From: a virus
Taxonomy: Duplodnaviria; Caudoviricetes
IMG/VR virus record: IMGVR_UViG_3300028048_000068
Location: 72,628-136,627 of that record
Strand: one strand, 5' to 3'
Length of the DNA: 64,000 bases
The position numbers and the translations under genes are program-made. Shown here piece after piece: positions 57,167 through 64,000 of the stretch; positions within the stretch are counted from its first letter, which is position 1; every line of letters starts with the position of its first letter. The notes under the pieces were generated by a model, which searched no databases, was not told where the DNA came from, and saw only the letters and a program-made list of their open reading frames with translations.

Positions 57167-58561
57167 TTGGCAATAAGTAAATTAATTTTAAATGGCGAAG
57201 TTCAGATGGATGTCACCTCTGATACTGTTGCGGCAGGTAGTTTATTAAGCGGAAAAACCGCTACTAAAAATGATGGAACTAAAGTAACGGGAACCATAGC
57301 TTCAAAAAGTTCTTCTGATTTAACTGCCAGCGGAGCTACTGTTACCGCGCCGGCTGGATATTATGCAAATGCAGCAAGTAAAGCAGTAGCTACAGCTACG
57401 CATCCAAACCCAAGCGCTTCAATTGCTAGCGCAACCGGAGTTGTAACTGCTTCACATACACAGGGTACTGGTTATGTGACTGGTGGGACAACTACTGGTA
57501 CGCTTAGTTTAACCACTCAAGCAGGCAAAACAGTTACTCCGACCGAGTCGGCGCAAACTGCAGTTGCTTCATATAGGTGGACAACCGGACCAATAAGTGT
57601 TGCGGCGATTAGTTCGACATATGTTGGAAGCGGGATACCAAGGAGGAGTGCAGCTGATTTAAGCATTAATGGTTCTTCGTTCATAACTGTCAGTGGATAT
57701 TATTCTTCTAAAGTGTCAATAGCTATGCCATATGCATATACGGGGGCTTCAATCACTTTTGATTCTTCAACTGGCACCTACGATATTGATCATTATTGTA
57801 CATCAGCAGGTTATAAAGATACGGGACATGCACATATTAATGGCCCAGTTCCAGAACCATGGGTCATCCCATTCGGTACATATTCTATAAGCTCCAATGG
57901 AGCTTATAATATTAGTTCGTATGCGAGTGTAAATGTAAGTTGCGCAGAGGGAGTACCCGTAGACGATATAGCTTTAAGAACTATTAGCGTTAGTGGGGGC
58001 ATACGCGGTAATGCTTCAATGATATCGAGCTATGCGTTTTATGGCTGCTACAGCATTTACAGCGTATCTTTCCCAAATGCTACAAAAATCGGCTTGGGCG
58101 CTTTTGCACACTGCAACCATCTTAGTGAGATGTATTTTCCAGCGGTCACACAAATAATGGCCGAGGCGTTCAATTATTGTTCGAGTCTCCGAACGATCAG
58201 TTTCCAACTAGTTTCTAGTGTTGGCAAATCGGCGTTTGCAAGTTGTAAAATTTTGACAAAGGTCGATCTTCCAGAAGCTTTAGTCATAGCGGACTATGCG
58301 TTTTTAAAATGCTCCTACCTTAATACGGTACGTTTACCAAAAGTTTCTCTAATTAGTTACCTCGCGTTTAGTGGTTGCTCTAGATTAATCAGCGTATATC
58401 TTAATGAAGTTTCACAGGTACCATCGACAGATTATCACGATCCTTTTGATGGAACCAACTTATCATCTTCCGGTCAAATATATGTTCCTGCATCACTTTA
58501 TCAAGATTTTATAGTAGCAACCTACTGGTCTAAATATTCAGCGCAAATGATTTCGGTATAA
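57167..58561 (+). CDS. Fibre protein with C-terminal BspA-type LRR (LRR_5)
   Basis: TTG start after GGAGGTG; I...AF..C..L..V.FP repeats; IYVPASLY..F. Confidence 0.8.
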   Translation: MAISKLILNGEVQMDVTSDTVAAGSLLSGKTATKNDGTKVTGTIASKSSSDLTASGATVTAPAGYYANAASKAVATATHPNPSASIASATGVVTASHTQGTGYVTGGTTTGTLSLTTQAGKTVTPTESAQTAVASYRWTTGPISVAAISSTYVGSGIPRRSAADLSINGSSFITVSGYYSSKVSIAMPYAYTGASITFDSSTGTYDIDHYCTSAGYKDTGHAHINGPVPEPWVIPFGTYSISSNGAYNISSYASVNVSCAEGVPVDDIALRTISVSGGIRGNASMISSYAFYGCYSIYSVSFPNATKIGLGAFAHCNHLSEMYFPAVTQIMAEAFNYCSSLRTISFQLVSSVGKSAFASCKILTKVDLPEALVIADYAFLKCSYLNTVRLPKVSLISYLAFSGCSRLISVYLNEVSQVPSTDYHDPFDGTNLSSSGQIYVPASLYQDFIVATYWSKYSAQMISV

Positions 58562-58571
58562 GGAGCGAACC

Positions 58572-59546
58572 ATGAAATTACAAATTTTAGTTCCTCAATA
58601 TGAGGAAACCGATTCAATAATAAAACCTTTACTCGATAGTATAGCAATTCAACAAAACGTCGATTTCTCTGAAATTGGCGTTATAATAGTAAACGATGGT
58701 TCGGAAGTCTTCTTAACCGAAGACTTCCTTGATTCCTATCCATATCCAATTGAATATTATAAAGAACCTCACGGAGGAGTATCTGCCACACGTCAAGCCG
58801 CGCTAGACCACGCAACGGCGGAATATGTAATGTTCTGTGATGCTGATGATATGTTTTATAATGCATGTGGTCTATGGATTATATTCCGCGAAATGGACAT
58901 TGGAGTATTTGATTCATTAACTTCTGTATTTATTGAAGAAACACGCATACCAGGAACAAATGAAATTACTTATATCAATCGTGAAATGGATTCAACTTTT
59001 GTCCATGGTAAGGTTCATCGTAGACGCTATTTAATCGAGAAAGGAATTAAATGGAATCCAGACCTTACAATTCACGAAGATAGTTTTTTCAACATTCAAT
59101 GCAGTAATTTATCTCAAAATGTAAAGTATTGCCAAACTCCATTTTACTTATGGAAATGGCGCGATGATTCGGTCTGTCGTCATGACCCAAAATATATTTT
59201 AAAAACATATCGCAATATGTTAGATTCAAACTCCGCTCTTATCGAAGAGTTTAAAAAGAAAGGTCGTCCAGACTTATCTAATTTCTACACAGTATTCATG
59301 ATATTTGATGCCTACTATACAATGAATAAGCCAGAATGGATAGACCAAGAAAATCAAGAATACCGCAATGCAACTGAACTTCATTTCGCAAATTATTATC
59401 GCGACCATAAAAAAATATGGGAAAATTTTCCATATCAAGAGAAAGTTAACATGTCTCAAGGTATTCGCGGCCGTTCAATTCAAGAAGGAATGTATATGGA
59501 ATCAATGACTATTGACGAATGGCTTAAACATATAGAACAACTATAA
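58572..59546 (+). CDS. Glycosyltransferase family 2
   Basis: ILVPQY, IIVNDGS, GGVSATRQ, FCDADD (DxD), HED. Confidence 0.92.
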   Translation: MKLQILVPQYEETDSIIKPLLDSIAIQQNVDFSEIGVIIVNDGSEVFLTEDFLDSYPYPIEYYKEPHGGVSATRQAALDHATAEYVMFCDADDMFYNACGLWIIFREMDIGVFDSLTSVFIEETRIPGTNEITYINREMDSTFVHGKVHRRRYLIEKGIKWNPDLTIHEDSFFNIQCSNLSQNVKYCQTPFYLWKWRDDSVCRHDPKYILKTYRNMLDSNSALIEEFKKKGRPDLSNFYTVFMIFDAYYTMNKPEWIDQENQEYRNATELHFANYYRDHKKIWENFPYQEKVNMSQGIRGRSIQEGMYMESMTIDEWLKHIEQL

Positions 59547-59572
59547 GGAGATTATGTCCATTCTATTTAAAT

Positions 59573-59594
59573 AACGGGTGCATACCCGTTTTTT
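59573..59594 (+). terminator. Intrinsic terminator
   Basis: AACGGGT/ACCCGTT followed by a T run. Confidence 0.8.
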
Positions 59595-59680
59595 AATTGT
59601 TCAAATAACGTATTCAACGTCAATAAAATCTACTTATATATATGGGATTTAAATCTATATCAATTTAAGGAGGTAATGAA

Positions 59681-59998
59681 ATGAATAAAGGTACAATTAT
59701 TCGTACAGTTCTGGTAATCGCTACATGCTTTAACACAGCACTTATGGCAACAGACATTGCACAGTTTGGCAACGAAACACTGAATTTAATTTACAGAATT
59801 CTTTCTGTAGTTGCTAACTTTGTAATCGTTTTCTGTGCTACTTATTTCAACAATGATTATAGTGAAGAAGATTGTATTGGTACTGGAGTTACTCGTCAGT
59901 TAAAGGCCGAGAAGAGAGACGACTACATCGGTGATTACTTCTTTGCTAAAGAAGATTTAACTGGCACCGTACAAGACGAGTCTGAAGATAATGAATAA
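59681..59998 (+). CDS. Holin (SPP1-like)
   Basis: KGTIIRTVL...N..L, two TM segments, YFNNDYS; directly upstream of a lysin. Confidence 0.8.
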   Translation: MNKGTIIRTVLVIATCFNTALMATDIAQFGNETLNLIYRILSVVANFVIVFCATYFNNDYSEEDCIGTGVTRQLKAEKRDDYIGDYFFAKEDLTGTVQDESEDNE

Positions 59999-61571
59999 GA
60001 CAATTTATAAACAAGCCGATTCTCGTTGGGGTAGTAAGCCATATCCTGTTAAAAAGTCGTCTTTTGCGGGTAATGGATGCGGTTGTGTTGCTTGCGTTCA
60101 TGTTATTATGGAACAAGAGCAATATAAAAACTATACTCCAGAATCAATTCGTCCATGGATGGTTAAGCAAGGTTTTGCAGTAACCAATCATGGTACTACA
60201 TGGAGTGGTATTCCAGCTACTTTAAAGCATTATGGATATAATAATGTAGTCCATATTGGTATTAAAGACCCAATGAGTAAAGCATGGACTGAATTAAATA
60301 AAGGTAATAGAATTGGTGTCATTTTATTTAAAAGTGGAAGAGGTCCGAATGGAACAGTTTGGACAGCTAGTGGTCATTATGTAGCATTTACAGACTATAA
60401 GGTACAAAATGGTAAACACTATTTCTATACAAAGGATAGTGGTGGAAGAAATCATGATGGTTGGTATACTTATGAGAACTCAATGAGGGGTACAGTATAT
60501 CAAATGTGGATTGTTGAGGCTCCAAAAGCAGCAGCTACGCCTACAACTACGCCTACAAATACGAATACTGCGGCCGAGCCAAAGAAAGATGCTTTAACGG
60601 TTGATGGAAAGTTTGGTCCAAAGTCAATTAAGGCACTTCAAAAAGTTCTTGGCACAACCCAGGATGGAGAAATCAGCGGCCAACTTACAAAGCTGAAAAA
60701 GTATCATGGTGGATTCTCAAGCGGAATTGCCTATGGAAGTGGTGGTAGTAGTGTAGTTAGAGCCCTTCAAAAATATCTTGGCTTAAGTGGTCCAGATGGA
60801 CAGCTTGGTCCAAACACAATAAAGGCTTTACAAAAATATCTTGGAATGAGTGGTCCAGATGGATATTGGGGACCGAATACCTCAAAAGCTGTACAAAGAT
60901 GGCTTAATTCCAAACTTGACGGAAGCTCCTCTTCGTCCACTCCCTCGGTAGCACCGGCGCAGAGTACGTCGGTTAAACTCAAAGGCATGGACATCAGCGA
61001 ATTTCAGAAAAAAATTAGTCAAGCAAATTTTGAAAAAGCTAAAGAAGCAGGTATTGAATTTGTTATATTACGTGTAGGCTATACTGGTAAGGACTCGAAG
61101 AAACCGACAATTGATGCAGTATTCGAAAACAACTATGCTAATGCTATTGCCGCAGGATTACCAGTAGGTATATATTATTATTCACTTGCTACTTCTGACG
61201 CTAAAGCAAAAGAAGAAGCTAATTTCTGTATTGCTCATTTAAAAGGTAAGACAATTACTTATCCAGTTTACATTGATATGGAAGATAAGAACTATCAAGC
61301 TAAAAAATCTAAATCAACTCTTGCATCAGTATGTAATACGTTCTGTAATACGATTGCCGCGGCCGGTTATAAACCTGGTGTATATGCAAGCTTAAGTTGG
61401 TTTAACAACAAAATTGGTTCCATTAGCGCGCCACATAGTAAGTGGGTAGCACAGTATAATGAAACTTGTGATTACAAGGGCGCATATGATATGTGGCAAT
61501 ATAGTTCGAGTGAGTCCGTGCCAGGTATCGCAAGTAGAACCGACGTAAACTGGTGTTATAAAAAATTTTAG
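59991..61571 (+). CDS. Bifunctional endolysin: C39-like peptidase, PG-binding repeats and GH25 muramidase
   Basis: YKQAD.RW...GCG...GHY...KDS; DG..GP.T.KALQ repeats; GMDISEFQ...VYIDMED...WVAQY...WQYSS. Confidence 0.88.
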   Translation: MNKTIYKQADSRWGSKPYPVKKSSFAGNGCGCVACVHVIMEQEQYKNYTPESIRPWMVKQGFAVTNHGTTWSGIPATLKHYGYNNVVHIGIKDPMSKAWTELNKGNRIGVILFKSGRGPNGTVWTASGHYVAFTDYKVQNGKHYFYTKDSGGRNHDGWYTYENSMRGTVYQMWIVEAPKAAATPTTTPTNTNTAAEPKKDALTVDGKFGPKSIKALQKVLGTTQDGEISGQLTKLKKYHGGFSSGIAYGSGGSSVVRALQKYLGLSGPDGQLGPNTIKALQKYLGMSGPDGYWGPNTSKAVQRWLNSKLDGSSSSSTPSVAPAQSTSVKLKGMDISEFQKKISQANFEKAKEAGIEFVILRVGYTGKDSKKPTIDAVFENNYANAIAAGLPVGIYYYSLATSDAKAKEEANFCIAHLKGKTITYPVYIDMEDKNYQAKKSKSTLASVCNTFCNTIAAAGYKPGVYASLSWFNNKIGSISAPHSKWVAQYNETCDYKGAYDMWQYSSSESVPGIASRTDVNWCYKKF

Positions 61572-61580
61572 AGGTTAATT

Positions 61581-62849
61581 ATGGAAAAACTGATTGAATT
61601 ATTAGAACAATTAATTGCTTTATTAATAAAGTATTTTTCAGCAGTTCCATTAGAGCAAACAGAGGAGCCGGCGCCAACTGTAGAGCCGGTTCCATCTGAA
61701 TCTAAAGAACCTACAGTTGAGCCTGAACCAGAACCAACCGTAGAGCCAGAACCAACTCCTGAACCAGTTGTCGAGCCAACCGTAGAGCCAGAGCCCATTA
61801 TTGAGCCAGTTGTTGAAACTAAAACAATTGACGAACTGGCGCAAGAAGTGCTTGATGGAAAATGGGGTAGCGGAGACAAGCGTAAAGCGAATCTTGAAGC
61901 TGCGGGTTACGATTACTATGCTGTACAAGCTAAAGTTAATGAAATACTTACACCCGCGCCAGAGCCATCTGTAGAACCTACACAGCCAGAAGAGCCTGTT
62001 GCGCCGACACCTGTTGCATATACTGGCGCGCTTCCAACGTTGACACTTGTGAAGTCTAATGAAGAAGTTATTAATGATACATGCAAGTGGGCCGCTTGGA
62101 TTGCGGGCGATAATAGATTCCACTATGGATATACAAACAAACATGGAAGTTCTGATTCATCAAAGTGGAGTCCAAACGCTCATCACAATGGTTGTTATTT
62201 CTGTGGTACTAATACAACTAGTGGTGGTTGCTCAAAGAAAGGTATTACAGACTATGAACGTTCATATTGCTGTAATCCGTTTGTCGGTGCTGCTTGGGCG
62301 CATGGCGGATGTGTTCCAAAAGCTTTAAGCTTATGTAGAGATGGAAGTTCTTGGGATTATCATAAGGGAAAAGGCTATGATAATTCAAGCTTATTTACGA
62401 ACCTTGGCAAACCAGCAAAGTCTAAATTAAAGAAGGGCGATGTATGTTGCAATGATAGCCACGTATTCTTATATTTAGGAAATGGTAAGCTGGCTGAAGC
62501 ATCTGGCGGCGATGATAATGTAAGAAATTCGAATAAATGGAACAATTCAATACGTGTTACTGATTTAACTGATAGTAAATATAAAGGAGTTAAACGCGTA
62601 CATAGATTTAACGGTTCTGTAAATACTGAAACTTATATTCGCCACGGAGAAATTAGTAATAGAGTTGCTCAATGGCAAGCATTTCTTGATTGGTGGTTCG
62701 ATGGACAAGTTGGAAGTGCTGATGGTATTTATGGAGATAATACACTTGCATGGACAAAGAAATTTCAAGAAGAACAAATCGGACCTGGTGAAGGTGATGG
62801 AATTATTGGAAACAAGACACTTGAAGCAGCAAAAAATTGTAAAAAATAA
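61581..62849 (+). CDS. Second cell-wall hydrolase: PE-rich linker, CW_7, NlpC/P60-like domain and PG_binding_1
   Basis: TIDELAQEVLDGKWGSG..RK..L..AGYDY..VQ.KVN (CW_7); YCCNPFV...KGDV...HVFLY...EAS; DGIYG.NT...KKFQ...DGIIG. Confidence 0.82.
   Translation: MEKLIELLEQLIALLIKYFSAVPLEQTEEPAPTVEPVPSESKEPTVEPEPEPTVEPEPTPEPVVEPTVEPEPIIEPVVETKTIDELAQEVLDGKWGSGDKRKANLEAAGYDYYAVQAKVNEILTPAPEPSVEPTQPEEPVAPTPVAYTGALPTLTLVKSNEEVINDTCKWAAWIAGDNRFHYGYTNKHGSSDSSKWSPNAHHNGCYFCGTNTTSGGCSKKGITDYERSYCCNPFVGAAWAHGGCVPKALSLCRDGSSWDYHKGKGYDNSSLFTNLGKPAKSKLKKGDVCCNDSHVFLYLGNGKLAEASGGDDNVRNSNKWNNSIRVTDLTDSKYKGVKRVHRFNGSVNTETYIRHGEISNRVAQWQAFLDWWFDGQVGSADGIYGDNTLAWTKKFQEEQIGPGEGDGIIGNKTLEAAKNCKK
61664..61820 (+). repeat. 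Coding Pro/Glu repeat (EPTVEP-type)
   Basis: EPAPTVEPVPSESKEPTVEPEPEPTVEPEPTPEPVVEPTVEPEPIIEPVVE. Confidence 0.8.
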
Positions 62850-62856
62850 GTAATTT

Positions 62857-62887
62857 AAAAACCACTACGTTTCCGTAGTGGTTTTTT
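62857..62887. terminator. Bidirectional terminator between convergent arms
   Basis: AAAAACCACTACG/CGTAGTGGTTTTTT. Confidence 0.88.
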
Positions 62888-62888
62888 A

Positions 62889-63134
62889 TTATTCATCTCC
62901 TATAACGAACCGATTATTAAAACTTTCAAGAAAATCATTCATTACCCACAGTCCTTTTGGCAATCCACCACTGGTACATTCCTCATTTAAATAATCAGTT
63001 AGCGTATTATAACAAGGCCAGCACAAAACAAAATCTCCATCGGGTTCATTCTTTTTAAATGCTTGAATAGAATATGGTTTTTCTCCCTCAACAACTTGTC
63101 CACACCTATCACAACAAAAAAATTTAACTATCAT
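62889..63134 (-). CDS. Small Zn-binding hypothetical protein
   Basis: CDRCG...LCWPC; AAGGAG RBS. Confidence 0.7.
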   Translation of the reverse strand: MIVKFFCCDRCGQVVEGEKPYSIQAFKKNEPDGDFVLCWPCYNTLTDYLNEECTSGGLPKGLWVMNDFLESFNNRFVIGDE

Positions 63135-63159
63135 TTACATTCTCCTTTTGTCGAAGCTA

Positions 63160-63244
63160 TACGTTGAGGCGCGGCCGGTCGTCCTTGTGCGTCCTTTATC
63201 TGTGGCCCTTGCACAGACATAGGCGACCGCGCGCCGACTACGTA
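63160..63244. repeat. Intergenic imperfect inverted-repeat element, copy 2
   Basis: TACGTTGAGGCGCGGCCGGTCG ... CGACCGCGCGCCGACTACGTA. Confidence 0.7.
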
Positions 63245-63447
63245 TCAGCTTCTTCGTAGTCTTCTTCGGTTATCACTAATTTAGTAGTCTTTGGATTTTG
63301 AACCATTATTATAGTCATAGTAAGAGGATTGCTTTCCTCATCTACACAAACTTCTTTAATATTCCATTCTGGATAGGCTACTTCAACAATATCTTTGCCT
63401 TTCCAATTTATTTTATTACAATTTTTATCTGCTTTAAAATGATACAT
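63238..63447 (-). CDS. Hypothetical protein
   Basis: 69-aa ORF with GAGG RBS. Confidence 0.6.
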   Translation of the reverse strand: MYHFKADKNCNKINWKGKDIVEVAYPEWNIKEVCVDEESNPLTMTIIMVQNPKTTKLVITEEDYEEADT

Positions 63448-63456
63448 ATATTACCT

Positions 63457-63660
63457 CTAATTGAAATCTTCCAATTCAACCTGTTCTTTTTCTTCCATTT
63501 CATCGGTCATGACAACTGCGAGTATTCTGTCATCTACTGGCATATCTGTGTTAGAGAGAAAAGTGAGTAAAGCTTTATGAATTACAAAATATTCAGCGAC
63601 GTTGAGTTCGAGTTCGATTGATTTAACTTTATCTTTTTTTGTATATACTTTAGTTTTCAT
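63457..63660 (-). CDS. Hypothetical protein
   Basis: 67-aa ORF with AAGGAG RBS. Confidence 0.65.
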   Translation of the reverse strand: MKTKVYTKKDKVKSIELELNVAEYFVIHKALLTFLSNTDMPVDDRILAVVMTDEMEEKEQVELEDFN

Positions 63661-63765
63661 TTACTCACTCCTTTCAATGCATAAGAATATATATAGTTAC
63701 GACTATATCTATAATTATAGATATTACGAGCACCACCATACAACCAACAAATATTTTTGCAAGCA

Positions 63766-63999
63766 TTACTTGTTCCTTTCTCCGTATGAACAGAAGTCAT
63801 CGGCATCTGTCATTATTGGCTTGTGAGCATCTCCCTTGTTTTGGAGAAAAGTGCATGACCCCCAATAATCTCGGTATTTACATTCTTTGCATCTCACTAT
63901 GTCGATGCTTGGTGCGGAGTCGATAGTCTTGGTTATCTGCGACCAAAATACGGTATTGAAATTCTGCTTCAGCCATTCCACATCTATGTATTTACTCAT
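63766..63999 (-). CDS. Common Bacillota-phage small protein (AP..D.VRCKECK...DDFCSYGER)
   Basis: Characteristic Cys pattern. Confidence 0.75.
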   Translation of the reverse strand: MSKYIDVEWLKQNFNTVFWSQITKTIDSAPSIDIVRCKECKYRDYWGSCTFLQNKGDAHKPIMTDADDFCSYGERNK

Positions 64000-64000
64000 C

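Noticed and set aside
38870-58561. Diversity-generating retroelement acting on Mtd-like or fibre genes
   Set aside because: No reverse transcriptase and no TR/VR pair differing only at adenines were seen. The Mtd similarity is limited to the N-terminal attachment domain.
61664-61820. CRISPR-like repeat array
   Set aside because: Degenerate in-frame Pro/Glu coding repeats with no constant repeat and unique spacer structure.
40669-62144. Long antisense ORFs (40669-41238, 47831-48271, 52053-52622, 61650-62144) and other shadow ORFs in the track
   Set aside because: They lie opposite or within well-supported genes, lack RBS and motifs, and follow from the codon bias of the real gene.
63160-63244. 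GC-rich 85-nt structured segment as a tRNA
   Set aside because: No TTCRA T-loop, D-loop or cloverleaf; better explained as the repeated inverted-repeat element.
1-64000. Stop-codon reassignment (TAG read-through at 47051 or 1687)
   Set aside because: Both early TAG stops lie at or inside group I intron 5' ends. All other genes are full length in the standard code and several end in TAG.
1-64000. Bacterial chromosome or prophage boundary (gyrAB, dnaE, recJ and nrdD look cellular)
   Set aside because: These genes are divergent, interleaved with homing endonucleases and small phage ORFs, share the k-mer signature of the tail genes, and no integrase, att site or housekeeping synteny is present.

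Overview
A 64-kb segment of a large, AT-rich (about one-third G+C, estimated by eye) tailed phage genome. The host is probably an anaerobic Bacillota, judged from the class III RNR, AGGAGG ribosome-binding sites, sigmaA promoters and CW_7/GH25 lysins. Bases 1-28.9 kb on the minus strand form a nearly complete replication module: nrdD split by a group I intron, DnaE, RecJ-like nuclease, primase, DnaB, a Sak4-like ATPase, SSB, a two-subunit gyrase, a minimal UvrD, a membrane-anchored GIY-YIG nuclease and three free-standing GIY-YIG homing endonucleases. Bases 29-62.9 kb on the plus strand hold Dit/Tal, a long series of tail and fibre genes, an LplA-like ligase, a GT2 glycosyltransferase, a holin and two lysins. 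Inserted in this arm is a terminator-bounded six-gene operon of unknown function (45.7-49.55 kb). It has a structured 5' leader, a papain-like protease, a Gly/Trp/Cys-rich membrane coiled-coil protein, a C1q/BclA-like protein and low-complexity proteins; the membrane protein gene is interrupted by a second group I intron that the ORF track misses. Four signals are not explained by the genes: strong over-representation of the palindromes CGGCCG and GCGCGC; a repeated intergenic hairpin element built from those words; near absence of GATC outside a few modules that look recently acquired; and a bipartite non-sigmaA promoter motif (YAAA-N24/25-YYACTT) ahead of late genes. No CRISPR array, tRNA or rRNA was seen. 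All motif counts are manual minimums and all family assignments come from motif recognition, not database searches.
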